A stretch of 64,000 bases of DNA. It comes from Candidatus Nanopelagicales bacterium. GTDB lineage: Bacteria; Actinomycetota; Actinomycetes; S36-B12; UBA5976. Position 1 is the first letter of the stretch. The number at the start of each line of letters is the position of its first letter. Positions 47,169-57,161 of the stretch are shown in pieces. The translations under genes and the position numbers were made by a program. The stretch is taken from assembly GCA_030157865.1 (NCBI GenBank), contig JAOATY010000035.1:13356-77355 (forward strand). Direction: 5' to 3'. Below the pieces are notes generated by a model. That model saw only the letters and a program-made list of their open reading frames with translations. It did no database searches and had not been told where the DNA came from.

Positions 47169-48794
47169 TTAGTCCACATTGTCCATGGAGTCAGATCCCA
47201 TGCCGCCTGGTGCTTCTGGTGTGGTCTTTTGAACCTGCATCAAGAAGTCAAGGTTGCTCTTGGTCTCGCGAAGCTTGGTTAGCAATAGTTCAAGAGCCTG
47301 CTGGGAATCAAGTGCATGTAGTACGCGACGAAGTTTCCAGATGACCTTAAGTTCATCAGCAGCAAGAAGGATTTCTTCGCGACGAGTTCCGGATGCTTCA
47401 ACATCAACTGCTGGGAAGATACGACGATCTGCCAGACGACGATCCAGCTTAAGTTCCATGTTGCCGGTTCCCTTGAATTCTTCGAAGATAACTTCGTCCA
47501 TTCGAGATCCAGTATCAACAAGAGCTGTTGCCAAGATTGTTAGTGAGCCGCCCTCTTCGATGTTGCGAGCAGCACCGAAGAACTTCTTTGGTGGATACAG
47601 CGCAGCTGAGTCAACACCACCGGAAAGAATGCGGCCAGATGCCGGCGCGGAAAGGTTGTAAGCACGACCAAGACGAGTCATCGAGTCCAAAAGAACTACA
47701 ACGTCATGTCCCATTTCGACCAAACGCTTTGCGCGCTCAATTGCTAGTTCAGCGATTGTGGTGTGGTCTTCAGCTGGACGATCGAAAGTTGAAGCAATAA
47801 CTTCACCCTTGACTGAGCGCTGCATGTCAGTAACTTCTTCAGGTCGCTCATCGACTAGGACAACCATCAAGTGAACTTCAGGATTATTTTCAGCGATTGC
47901 ATTTGCAATGTTCTGCAAAATCATGGTCTTGCCAGCCTTTGGAGGCGAAACAATCAGACCGCGCTGCCCCTTACCAATTGGTGCAACCAAATCGATTACA
48001 CGAGTAACCAAGTTGTTTGGCACAGTTTCAAGACGCAAGCGATCCTGTGGGTAAAGCGGGGTTAACTTGCCAAAATCAACACGCTTGGTGGCTTCATCTG
48101 GTTCAAGACCATTGATTGATTCAATGCGCACAAGTGGATTGAATTTCTGTGGGCGATCGCCTTCGCGTGGCTGCTTAACCTGACCGGTTACTGCATCACC
48201 CTTTCGAAGTGAGAAGCGCTTAACTAATCCCATTGATACATAAACGTCGTTTGGACCTGGCAAGTAGCCGGACGTGCGAACGAATGCGTAGTTGTCGAGA
48301 ATGTCGATAATTCCAGCCACTGGCAAAAGGACATCATCTTCGGAAACTTCTAAGTCATAGTCGCGGTCGCCACCACGGCCACCACGGTTGTTGCGACCAT
48401 TGCTGTTGCGATCATTACGGTCACGTCCGCGACGGTTGCGGCCATTGCGGTCATTGCGATCGCCACGATCATTGCGGTCACCGCGATCGTTGCGGTCGCC
48501 ACCTTCGGATTCGCCATCGTTATTACGAGGCGCACGTTCTTCGCGCTCTTCGCGAGGAGCACGTTCTTGACGTGGTGCTCGCTCTTCGGTTGCAGCTTCT
48601 TTCTTTGCAGCTCCGGCTGGGCGGGATGCAGATCGACTGCCTCTACCGCCACCTTGCTTGGCGCCAATGGCCTTAACAAGTTCGGCTTTACGCATACCTG
48701 ATGCGCCATCAATTCCCAGTCCGGCAGCCATGGCCTTTAGTTCTGGAAGAAGTTTTGAGTTCAGCCCTTTGTCTTGGGCAGTTGTCTCGGTCAC
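47169..48794 (-). CDS. rho: transcription termination factor Rho with R/N/D/G-rich N-terminal insertion
   Basis: Walker A PPKAGKT, RNA-binding OB region, C-terminal RecA fold. GTG start with SD AAAGGA. A ~100-aa low-complexity insert spans residues ~46-147. Confidence 0.95.
   Translation of the reverse strand: MTETTAQDKGLNSKLLPELKAMAAGLGIDGASGMRKAELVKAIGAKQGGGRGSRSASRPAGAAKKEAATEERAPRQERAPREEREERAPRNNDGESEGGDRNDRGDRNDRGDRNDRNGRNRRGRDRNDRNSNGRNNRGGRGGDRDYDLEVSEDDVLLPVAGIIDILDNYAFVRTSGYLPGPNDVYVSMGLVKRFSLRKGDAVTGQVKQPREGDRPQKFNPLVRIESINGLEPDEATKRVDFGKLTPLYPQDRLRLETVPNNLVTRVIDLVAPIGKGQRGLIVSPPKAGKTMILQNIANAIAENNPEVHLMVVLVDERPEEVTDMQRSVKGEVIASTFDRPAEDHTTIAELAIERAKRLVEMGHDVVVLLDSMTRLGRAYNLSAPASGRILSGGVDSAALYPPKKFFGAARNIEEGGSLTILATALVDTGSRMDEVIFEEFKGTGNMELKLDRRLADRRIFPAVDVEASGTRREEILLAADELKVIWKLRRVLHALDSQQALELLLTKLRETKSNLDFLMQVQKTTPEAPGGMGSDSMDNVD
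48447..48500 (-). repeat. three tandem 18-nt coding repeats (GDRNDR x3) inside rho
   Basis: The minus strand reads ggtggcgaccgcaacgatcgc ggtgaccgcaatgatcgt ggcgatcgcaatgac. The units differ only at synonymous positions. Confidence 0.8.
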
Positions 48795-48954
48795 GTATGT
48801 GTCCTTTATGTTTTGAGTGGTTTTCGATCCAGCAGTAATGCACGGAAATTTCGCGAGAATTTTTGCGGGATTTTCGGTGAAAGAGATTCAACCGATGTAT
48901 TAAGACTAGCAGGTCCGGCAGATTGATGCGAAATTGCCTTGAATACTTGAGGTT

Positions 48955-49869
48955 TTAATCTGCTTCGACTTCGTCGTCTTCGCCATCAGGCATTGCGCCT
49001 TGATCTGCGACTTCCACAGGGGCAGCGGTAAACCCTGACTTTGCAATGATTTCGGCTGCCTGAGCCACCTGTTCCCGAGTGCTTAACGCAATTACGGTTG
49101 GGCCAGCACCACTTATGCAGGCAGCGATTTCAGCCTCACGAAGCTGGGCAACGAGTTCCATGGATTCGGCGTAAGCCTGGGCGCGAAATGGTTGATGCAA
49201 CTTGTCTTCGGTTGCTTCAAGCAAGAAATCTGGATCACCAATCATGGCGGCAATTAGCAGCGCTGATCTGCCGGCATTAAAGGCAGCGTCAACATGAAGA
49301 ATAGATTCTGGAATTAGGCCACGTGCTTTATGAGTATCCAATTCAGTCTGTGGAATACCAAGCACTGGGGAAATGTCAGGATGAACATTCATCGAAACTG
49401 AGTTTGCTTTGCCGTCATCTTCAAGCCAGGCAATTGTCATGGCGCCAAGTAGGCAAGCTGCAACATTGTCAGGATGACCCTCGATGGCGTTCGCCATTTG
49501 AAGTAACTCATCTTCGCTGGCGCGGGCGTAAGTTAACTTGCTCGCAAGAACAAGGCCAGCAACAATCGCGGCTGCACTTGAACCAAGGCCTCTGCCCTGT
49601 GGAATTGCATTCTTGCACTCAACATGCAGCCCAGTTACTTCAGTCCCGAATGCTTTGCAAGCATCAATTATTGTTTTAGCAATTAAGTGAGTTTCATCAG
49701 TTGGAAGTTTTCCAGCACCTTGGCCAGTAACTTCGACAGTTACTTTGTTGTCTTCGGTGAATTGCGCAGTTACAAAGTCGCGAATTTCAAGCGCTAAGCC
49801 AAGTGCGTCATAACCAGGACCAAGGTTTGCGCTTGTGGCTGGAACTGAAACTGAAACAATGCGTGACAT
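48955..49869 (-). CDS. thrB: homoserine kinase
   Basis: GHMP kinase motif GRGLGSSAAAIVAG. Its start overlaps the thrC stop. Confidence 0.9.
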   Translation of the reverse strand: MSRIVSVSVPATSANLGPGYDALGLALEIRDFVTAQFTEDNKVTVEVTGQGAGKLPTDETHLIAKTIIDACKAFGTEVTGLHVECKNAIPQGRGLGSSAAAIVAGLVLASKLTYARASEDELLQMANAIEGHPDNVAACLLGAMTIAWLEDDGKANSVSMNVHPDISPVLGIPQTELDTHKARGLIPESILHVDAAFNAGRSALLIAAMIGDPDFLLEATEDKLHQPFRAQAYAESMELVAQLREAEIAACISGAGPTVIALSTREQVAQAAEIIAKSGFTAAPVEVADQGAMPDGEDDEVEAD

Positions 49870-50927
49870 TAGGCAAGACCTAATGCAGCAGCTGCTGCTT
49901 TAACATCAACTGGAACAACGACTGGATCTTTTGCGCTTTCCAAAGCCCACTGAGTGTCTTTCAAACCATTACCAGTTACGGTACAAACGATTGTTGAACC
50001 AGCATCAACTAATCCACGCTTGGCTTGCTGCAGAAGTCCGGCAACTGAAGCGGCGCTTGATGGCTCTACGAAGAATCCTTCTTTATCTGCCAAAACTCGA
50101 TACGCTTCCAAAATCTGATCATCTGTTACGGCATCAATCAAGCCACCAGAATCATCGCGAGCTGCAACTGCTAAATCCCAAGATGCTGGTTTACCAATTC
50201 GAATTGCAGTTGCAATTGTCTCTGGCTTTTCAATTGGATGACCTGCAACAAATGGAGCTGCGCCCGCGGCTTGGAATCCCCACATTTGTGGACGCTGAGT
50301 TGAAACCTTGTCGTGGTAATACTCGGTAAAGCCCATCCAGTAAGCAGAAATGTTTCCAGCATTTCCAACTGGCAAGCAGTGGATGTCTGGCGCATCGCCC
50401 AATGCATCAACAATTTCAAATGCCGCAGTTTTTTGGCCCTGAAGGCGGGTTGGGTTAACGGAGTTAACCAATGCAATCGGATAGTTCTCAGCCAAATCAC
50501 GGGCAATGTCTAAGCAATCATCAAAGTTTCCATCAACCTGCAAAATTGTTGCGCCGTGAATTACCGCTTGAGCTAGTTTTCCCATTGCAATCTTTCCTTG
50601 CGGCACTAGAACTGCGCTCTTCATTCCAGCCTTGGTTGCATAGGCAGCCGCTGATGCACTTGTGTTTCCAGTAGATGCACAAACCACAGCCTTTGCGCCA
50701 TTTCGCGCAGCGTCCGTAATGGCCATGGTCATACCGCGATCTTTAAATGATCCGGTTGGGTTCATGCCTTCAACTTTTAAGTAAACCTTTGCGCCAGTTA
50801 ATTCAGACAATGTGCAGGCGTAAACAAGTGGAGTTCCACCTTCGCCTAGCGAAACGACAACATCGTTAGGTGCGATTGGCAATCTGTCGCGATATTCCTC
50901 GATGACGCCGCGCCAAATATGAGCCAT
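49869..50927 (-). CDS. thrC: threonine synthase
   Basis: PLP-Lys motif [10 protein letters not shown]. 352 aa. Confidence 0.93.
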   Translation of the reverse strand: MAHIWRGVIEEYRDRLPIAPNDVVVSLGEGGTPLVYACTLSELTGAKVYLKVEGMNPTGSFKDRGMTMAITDAARNGAKAVVCASTGNTSASAAAYATKAGMKSAVLVPQGKIAMGKLAQAVIHGATILQVDGNFDDCLDIARDLAENYPIALVNSVNPTRLQGQKTAAFEIVDALGDAPDIHCLPVGNAGNISAYWMGFTEYYHDKVSTQRPQMWGFQAAGAAPFVAGHPIEKPETIATAIRIGKPASWDLAVAARDDSGGLIDAVTDDQILEAYRVLADKEGFFVEPSSAASVAGLLQQAKRGLVDAGSTIVCTVTGNGLKDTQWALESAKDPVVVPVDVKAAAAALGLA

Positions 50928-50929
50928 GA

Positions 50930-52219
50930 CTACGCGCCTGCGCCTTCAACGCGCATAACACCAAGGACTTCACGAACTGCAGTCATGTTTTCAAGCGCTT
51001 CAACAGTGGCGCGCAAACGGCTTTCCGGTGCCTCGTGTGTTCTGATGATCAAACTTGCTGCATCGCCTTCCCCATCTTGGCGAACGGCTTGAATGGAAAC
51101 ATCATGCTTTGCGAATTCATTCGAGATCGCAGCAAGAACGCCTGATTCATCTGAAACTTTTAGATTTAGGTAGTAAGAAGTCTTGGCTTCACCAATTGGG
51201 CGAACTTCAAGATCAGCGTAGATACTTTGCGCCGGACCAACGGAACCGGTGATTCGGTGGCGAGCGGCAGCAACTACGTCGCCGACTACGGAACTTGCAG
51301 TTGGAGCACCACCAGCACCACGGCCATAGAACATAACTTGGCCAGCAGCATCTGCTTCGACGAATACTGCGTTAAATGCATCGCGCACGCTTGCCAATGG
51401 ATGTGTCACCGGAATCATTGCTGGATGAACGCGAACAATCACGCCCTTGTCATCGTCAGTTAGTTCGGCGATCGCAAGCAACTTGATTACATAGCCAAGT
51501 GACTTTGCGGCGGCAATGTCATCCGCAGTTACCTTTGTCATACCTTCGCGGTAAACGTCATCTGACGTTACGTTGGTGTGGAATGCCAAGCCGGCAAGAA
51601 TTGCAGCTTTTGCTGCGCTGTCGAATCCTTCAACATCCGCAGTTGGATCTGCCTCGGCATAACCTAAGTCTTGAGCTTCTTTGAGCACAACGGAATAGTC
51701 AGCACCGTCGTTATACATTTTCGACAAAATGAAGTTTGTAGTTCCATTTACGATGCCAAGAATCTTGGTAACTTTGTCACCCGCAAGTGATTCACGCAAT
51801 GGGCGAAGTAATGGAATTGCGCCAGCAACAGCAGCTTCGTAGTAAAGATCTACGCCAGCTTCTTCTGCCAACTTGTGTAGGTGTGCTCCGTGAGCTGCAA
51901 GTAGCGCTTTGTTAGCGGTAACAATGGAAGAGCCATTTGCAATCGCGGATTCAATGAGCGTCTTGGCTGGTTCAATTCCGCCAATAACCTCAATCACAAT
52001 GTCTGCACCTGATGCGGCAAGTCCGGCAGCATCTTCGGTGAGAAGTTTGGAGTCAACGCCTGGTCGTGGCTTTGATGCATCACGAACTGCGATGCCCGTT
52101 AACTTAAGTTCTCGACCAATTCGGGCAGTTAAGTCATCCGCGCTTTCAGAAATAAGTTGGGCAACAGATGCGCCCACGGTTCCGCCACCAAGGAGTGCAA
52201 CTGTTAGCGGGGAACTCAT
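50930..52219 (-). CDS. hom: homoserine dehydrogenase
   Basis: NAD site LLGGGTVG, a catalytic domain and a C-terminal ACT domain. I trimmed the start to the ATG at 52219 (SD AAGGAG). Confidence 0.92.
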   Translation of the reverse strand: MSSPLTVALLGGGTVGASVAQLISESADDLTARIGRELKLTGIAVRDASKPRPGVDSKLLTEDAAGLAASGADIVIEVIGGIEPAKTLIESAIANGSSIVTANKALLAAHGAHLHKLAEEAGVDLYYEAAVAGAIPLLRPLRESLAGDKVTKILGIVNGTTNFILSKMYNDGADYSVVLKEAQDLGYAEADPTADVEGFDSAAKAAILAGLAFHTNVTSDDVYREGMTKVTADDIAAAKSLGYVIKLLAIAELTDDDKGVIVRVHPAMIPVTHPLASVRDAFNAVFVEADAAGQVMFYGRGAGGAPTASSVVGDVVAAARHRITGSVGPAQSIYADLEVRPIGEAKTSYYLNLKVSDESGVLAAISNEFAKHDVSIQAVRQDGEGDAASLIIRTHEAPESRLRATVEALENMTAVREVLGVMRVEGAGA

Positions 52220-52388
52220 TTTTTTCTCCTTATTAATAGCGCGTATTAATACTGTGTAAGTGCTGAGCAAAAACCCGGCGCTTGTGTGCTCTAAGTCTGG
52301 CAGAAACCCTTGAAACAAGCCAAAAGAAGAGGTTTTGGGCACCCAATCAAATAGGCTTTAGACAAGTTTTCTAACAACGGGGTAATAA

Positions 52389-53435
52389 ATGCGAAATTCA
52401 AAGTCTTTTCGAGTGCTGTCTAAAGTCCTAATAATTCTGGGAACTTTTGCCCTGACACTTGGTGCTTTTGCCGGAATCGTTAATAACAATCTCTTAAATG
52501 GCCCTAAGTTAGCTGACCACATTGAGAGCATTCGTCATGATCCAGCAGTTATAGCCAAGATGAGCGTTCAGCTGACTGATGTAGTTATTGAGAAGGCACC
52601 AAACGCTGCCCCGTTTCGCCCAGTCATTGAAAATGCTGCCTCAAAGATTTTGGCAAGTGATGCACTATCTGAACCTATTCGTGGCGCCGCAGTTCAACTT
52701 CGCGATGCATTCGTAAATGGTCAGGCACTAAAACTTGAGTTCACTGAAACTGCAAATGTTGCGATCGAAAAAGTTAACATGTTCGCACCACAGCTTGGAA
52801 TTGAACCAATTGCAGAGCTTAGTCTCGAGCCGCCAGCAGGCAGCATCTTGGCAACTATCAATACCCTTCAAACGGTATTGAAGATTTCTGACACCCTAGC
52901 TCTTGTGTTACCGATTGCAGCTGCGGTTTTATTTGTAATTGTTATCTTGCTTGCGCCGTATCGTCGCCAAGGTGCGCAACGCGTTGCAAAATCCGTGATG
53001 ATTTCAGGTGGCATCATCGCTGGTATCAGTGGCGCAATTTGGGTAGCAACAAATATCTTTGGTCGCGATCCTGAAATTGGCATTTATCTAATCGCTTCCT
53101 GGAATCAATTCGATGCTGCCTTCTGGATCCCGGCTGCAATTTTGATTGTTGCTGGCGGAATGGCTTACACCTTGCTTGGTGGAGTATTACCTGATGTTGA
53201 TGTGCCAAATGAAGTTGCAAAAACTTGGAAGAAGATTTGGGCTCGTCCAGTAAATGTTTGGGTTTCATTTGCTCGAGCCATCATCTTTGTCGCCCTTGGT
53301 GCGTTCATCGTTATGAATACCCAAGTGGCGTTACGTGGCTTGCTGTTTATTGGCTCGGCTTTAATGATCGCAACAGCAATTTTCGAATTCAATCGCCTGC
53401 TAGTTCGGTCGATTGAAAAAGAAAAAGTTAGTTAA
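52389..53435 (+). CDS. hypothetical integral membrane protein
   Basis: 348 aa with an N-terminal TM helix, a ~140-aa extracytoplasmic segment, then about 5 TM helices. No motif recognised. Its 3' end overlaps lysA convergently by 8 nt. Confidence 0.5.
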   Translation: MRNSKSFRVLSKVLIILGTFALTLGAFAGIVNNNLLNGPKLADHIESIRHDPAVIAKMSVQLTDVVIEKAPNAAPFRPVIENAASKILASDALSEPIRGAAVQLRDAFVNGQALKLEFTETANVAIEKVNMFAPQLGIEPIAELSLEPPAGSILATINTLQTVLKISDTLALVLPIAAAVLFVIVILLAPYRRQGAQRVAKSVMISGGIIAGISGAIWVATNIFGRDPEIGIYLIASWNQFDAAFWIPAAILIVAGGMAYTLLGGVLPDVDVPNEVAKTWKKIWARPVNVWVSFARAIIFVALGAFIVMNTQVALRGLLFIGSALMIATAIFEFNRLLVRSIEKEKVS

Positions 53436-54768
53436 CTCCAGCGTCATAAGCTAACAAGTCTTCAACTGTTTCTCGGCGTAGCAAGACTTGCGATGATCCA
53501 GCAGCAACACTTACGGCTGCTGGGCGTGGAATGTGGTTGTAGTTGCTTGCCATTGATCGGCAATATGCACCAGTAGCGGCAACTGCGATCAAATCCCCTG
53601 GACGAGTGTCTGCTGGAAGCTCAATATCCCGGACAACTATGTCGCCGCTTTCACAATGCTTTCCAACAACTCGAGAAAGCACTTTCTTTGCATCCGATAG
53701 CCGGTTTGCAATAACTGCTGTGTATTCAGCGTCATAAAGTGCGGTTCGGATGTTGTCACTCATTCCACCATCTACAGAGATGTAATGACGAGTAATTCCG
53801 CTATCCAGCTCAACTGGCTTAACAGTGCCAACTTCATAAAGCGTGATTCCAGGATTTCCAATGATTGCTCGTCCTGGTTCGACACTGATTTTTGGAACGG
53901 AGATGTTAACTCGAGCGCATTCCGTACGAACGATGTCCAAAATTGACTTGGCCATTGCGTTTACATCAAGCGGGTCATCGCCTTCAACGTATGCGATGCC
54001 CATGCCGCCACCAACATCTAGTTCGCTCACGGAAATTCCATGGCGTTCTTTGATTTGAACTGCGAAATCAACTACTCGATGAGTGGCTAATTCAAAACCA
54101 GTCGCATCGAAAATCTGTGAGCCAATGTGGGAGTGGAGTCCGGCAAGTGACAATGCGTTGCATTCCAAAACATTGTCTACTGCAGCCATTGCCATGCCGG
54201 AAGCTGTAGAAAGGCCAAACTTTTGATCTTCGTGTGCCGTTGAAATTGCTTCGTGAGTATGTGCTTCAACACCCACAGTTAGGCGTAGCAATACCTGCTG
54301 AACAATTCCCGCAGATGCTGCAACTGCATTCAATCTTTCAATTTCAATCAGACTGTCAATAACAATGCGGCCAACGCCAACTTCAACTGCACGTTCTAGA
54401 TCCTGAACGCTCTTATTATTTCCGTGCATCACAATCTGGCTTGGATTTAAGCCAGCGCGTAAGGCAACTTCTAGCTCACCAACGCTTGCAACATCGATTC
54501 CAAGCCCTTCTTGATTAACCCATTGCGCCACTTTTGTAGTTATGAAGGCTTTACCTGCGTAATGAACACTGGTTTCAATATCTGACGATGTAAAGGCAAC
54601 TACGTAATCACGAGCACGTTTGCGAACATCGGCTTCATCAAATACATAAAGTGGTGTTCCGTATTGCTTTGCAAGATCAGAAACGGAAACTTCGCCAATG
54701 GCGATTTCTCCTTGACCATTGCGAGTTGCAGAGGCTGGCCAAATTAATGGATTTAAGTCGGAAGCCAT
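53428..54768 (-). CDS. lysA: diaminopimelate decarboxylase
   Basis: Group IV decarboxylase: YAGKAF (PLP Lys), HIGSQI, GKHCESGD. Confidence 0.93.
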   Translation of the reverse strand: MASDLNPLIWPASATRNGQGEIAIGEVSVSDLAKQYGTPLYVFDEADVRKRARDYVVAFTSSDIETSVHYAGKAFITTKVAQWVNQEGLGIDVASVGELEVALRAGLNPSQIVMHGNNKSVQDLERAVEVGVGRIVIDSLIEIERLNAVAASAGIVQQVLLRLTVGVEAHTHEAISTAHEDQKFGLSTASGMAMAAVDNVLECNALSLAGLHSHIGSQIFDATGFELATHRVVDFAVQIKERHGISVSELDVGGGMGIAYVEGDDPLDVNAMAKSILDIVRTECARVNISVPKISVEPGRAIIGNPGITLYEVGTVKPVELDSGITRHYISVDGGMSDNIRTALYDAEYTAVIANRLSDAKKVLSRVVGKHCESGDIVVRDIELPADTRPGDLIAVAATGAYCRSMASNYNHIPRPAAVSVAAGSSQVLLRRETVEDLLAYDAGVN

Positions 54769-54770
54769 GA

Positions 54771-56456
54771 CTACATCCTGTCGGGTGCGCTAACACCCAG
54801 CAATTCAAGACCATTGAAAATGACTTGACGCGTTGCAGCACATAGCCAAAGTCGGGCAATGTTTAGTTCAGTAACTGGCTCATCACCTTGCGGCAAAACT
54901 CGGCACGCAGCATAGAACGAGTGGTAACTAGTGGCTACTTCCTCGATGTATCGCGCAATTCGATGCGGCTCACGAAGCTCGGCTGCTGAAGCAACTACCC
55001 GTGGGTAGTCAGCAAGTAGTCCAAGCAGAGCGCCTTCGCGATCATCAGTTAATTGCGATGGATCGAAGGTTGCTGGATCCCAATCGGATGTGTTCGCTGG
55101 AATTAATCCAAGTTCAGCCGCATTTCTTACAACCGAGGCAATTCGAGCGTGTGCGTACTGCACGTAATAAACCGGATTGTCGTTTGTGCTGGAAACCAAA
55201 AGATCAAGATCAAGAACTAGTGGTGAATCGACTGGGTAGCGAATCAATGAATAGCGAGCAGCATCAACGCCTACTTCATCAACAAGGTCTTCAAGTGTGA
55301 TGATGTTTCCAGCTCGCTTTGATAGACGAACTTCTTCGCCATTCTTGAGCATCTTTACCATCTGCCCAATCAGGATCTGAATGTTTTCATCTGGGTTATC
55401 GCCAGCACATGCAGCAACTGCGCGAAGTCGATTTACGTATCCATGATGATCAGCGCCGAGTAAGTAAATGCATAGGTCGTAACCGCGATTACGTTTGTCA
55501 ACGTAGTAAGCAGTGTCCGAAGCAAAATAAGTTAATGCGCCATCAGCTTTAATTAGCACGCGATCTTTGTCATCATCAAAATCACTGGTTCGCAGCCAAG
55601 TTGCGCCTTCTTCAACAAACATATGGCCCTGAGACTTTAACTTTTCAAAACCACGATCAACTGCACCTGAGGTGTGAAGCGATTTCTCGGAATACCAAAC
55701 ATCAAAGTGCGTATTGAAGTTATCTAGCACTCGCTTTTGGTCAGCGAGCTGCAATGCATAAGCGGCATCGCGAAATGCCTCGCCTCGTTGCGGTTCAGGC
55801 AGATCAGAAATTCCTGGATTTTCGGCAACTACTTGTTTGGCAAGTTCTGGAATGTACGCGCCGTGATAACCATCTTCAGGAATTGGTTCACCTAACGCAG
55901 CAGCCTTTACCGAATTTCCAAACTTATCCATCTGGACACCAAGATCGTTGATATAAAACTCACGCGCAGATTCAGCGCCTTCTGCTTCAAGGACTCGAGC
56001 AATTGCATCACCAACTGCTGCCCAACGCGTGTGACCTAGATGCAAGGGGCCAGTTGGGTTTGCTGAAATAAACTCAACGTTTATTTTTTTGCCAGCTAAT
56101 TGAGTACCACGACCAAATTCTTTTCCTTTGGCAATAATATCTCTGGCTAACTCGCCTTGGCTGGCTGCATCCAAACGAAGGTTTATGAAACCTGGGCCGG
56201 CAATTTCTACTGCTTCTACACCCGGAAGTGCAGCAAGAAGTGGCTGCAATATTTCGGCAGCAGCGCGAGGATTTAGTCCGGCTTTCTTACCTACCTGCAT
56301 GGCGACATTTGTGGCCCAATCGCCATGATCTAGGTTCTTTGGACGTTCAACCACAATTTCAGTTGGGACATCTTCGGTAGCTAAATTCAATTGACCACTG
56401 GAAATTGCGCCAAGCAATGCAGCCTTAATGTGGCCAGCTAATTCCTGAGGGGTCAT
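54771..56456 (-). CDS. argS: arginine--tRNA ligase
   Basis: HIGH-type ANPTGPLHLGHTR, an RLSKRAGN (KMSK-like) motif and a C-terminal DALR anticodon-binding domain. Confidence 0.95.
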   Translation of the reverse strand: MTPQELAGHIKAALLGAISSGQLNLATEDVPTEIVVERPKNLDHGDWATNVAMQVGKKAGLNPRAAAEILQPLLAALPGVEAVEIAGPGFINLRLDAASQGELARDIIAKGKEFGRGTQLAGKKINVEFISANPTGPLHLGHTRWAAVGDAIARVLEAEGAESAREFYINDLGVQMDKFGNSVKAAALGEPIPEDGYHGAYIPELAKQVVAENPGISDLPEPQRGEAFRDAAYALQLADQKRVLDNFNTHFDVWYSEKSLHTSGAVDRGFEKLKSQGHMFVEEGATWLRTSDFDDDKDRVLIKADGALTYFASDTAYYVDKRNRGYDLCIYLLGADHHGYVNRLRAVAACAGDNPDENIQILIGQMVKMLKNGEEVRLSKRAGNIITLEDLVDEVGVDAARYSLIRYPVDSPLVLDLDLLVSSTNDNPVYYVQYAHARIASVVRNAAELGLIPANTSDWDPATFDPSQLTDDREGALLGLLADYPRVVASAAELREPHRIARYIEEVATSYHSFYAACRVLPQGDEPVTELNIARLWLCAATRQVIFNGLELLGVSAPDRM

Positions 56457-56513
56457 ACAAAGTAAGACTAGCGAAAGCCTTGCAAATTAAGGAAATCCCC
56501 CACCATGGAATGG

Positions 56514-57161
56514 CTAAGGTTTCTTGATTACCTGACTTACAACGGATACCGAGTTTTCGCGGTGGGCAGCCTGGAGCGCAACCGATTTCTCGACATCCCT
56601 TGCCCTTAGCGCTGCAACCATGGTTCGGTGCTCTTGATTCATGTGAGCAAGGTTGGTTGGGGCCGCAAAGTAAACACCTCTATATGCATCAGTTGCATCC
56701 CACTGGTTCTTGATGAGGCGAACAAGTCGAGGCATGTTGCTTGCCTCAAATAAAGCGAAGTGGAATCTGCGGTTTGCAGCTGTCACTGCCGATACATCCT
56801 GAGATTTGGCAGCAGCTTCCACGTCATTCAATATGTCTTCGAGATACTCAACGTCTTCGTCAGTGAGCAATGGCACTCCGACGCGAATTGCTTCGTCTTC
56901 AAGAAGTGAGCGAATTCGATAGACCTCAACTAAATCGTCAATGCTTAGATCTGCAACGAAATAGCCGCGATGTGGATGATAAGTAACTTGGCCTTCGCCT
57001 TCAAGGACCTTAAGAGCTTCGCGCAATGGCACCCGACTTACGCCAAGGCTTGCAGCCAATGAATCTTGAACGACTTGCTGACCAGGTTCAAGTTGACCGG
57101 ATGCAATTAAAATTCGAAGTTCGCGAAGCACGCCTTCTTGCGCAGTTACGTTTTCGCTCAT
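56514..57161 (-). CDS. GntR family transcriptional regulator, FadR/FCD subfamily
   Basis: N-terminal wHTH (LAASLGVSRVPLREALKVLEGEG) and an all-helical FCD C-terminal domain. Its start overlaps the upstream CoA-transferase stop by 4 nt. Confidence 0.8.
   Translation of the reverse strand: MSENVTAQEGVLRELRILIASGQLEPGQQVVQDSLAASLGVSRVPLREALKVLEGEGQVTYHPHRGYFVADLSIDDLVEVYRIRSLLEDEAIRVGVPLLTDEDVEYLEDILNDVEAAAKSQDVSAVTAANRRFHFALFEASNMPRLVRLIKNQWDATDAYRGVYFAAPTNLAHMNQEHRTMVAALRARDVEKSVALQAAHRENSVSVVSQVIKKP

Noticed and set aside
48354-48659. Short periodic DNA repeats that could be mistaken for a CRISPR-like or minisatellite array.
   Set aside because: The units are 18 nt, contiguous with no spacers, in frame, and encode the GDRNDR low-complexity insert of Rho.
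52220-52342. N-terminal extensions suggested by the ORF track for hom. The same applies to glyA 38770-38814, atpE 34795-34863, rpmE 41992-42090, gatB 6104-6151, the S8 protease 26962-27048 and kynU 44312-44374.
   Set aside because: In each case an internal start codon has a good SD and an N-terminus that matches the family. The extensions are unconserved-looking or overlap neighbouring genes.
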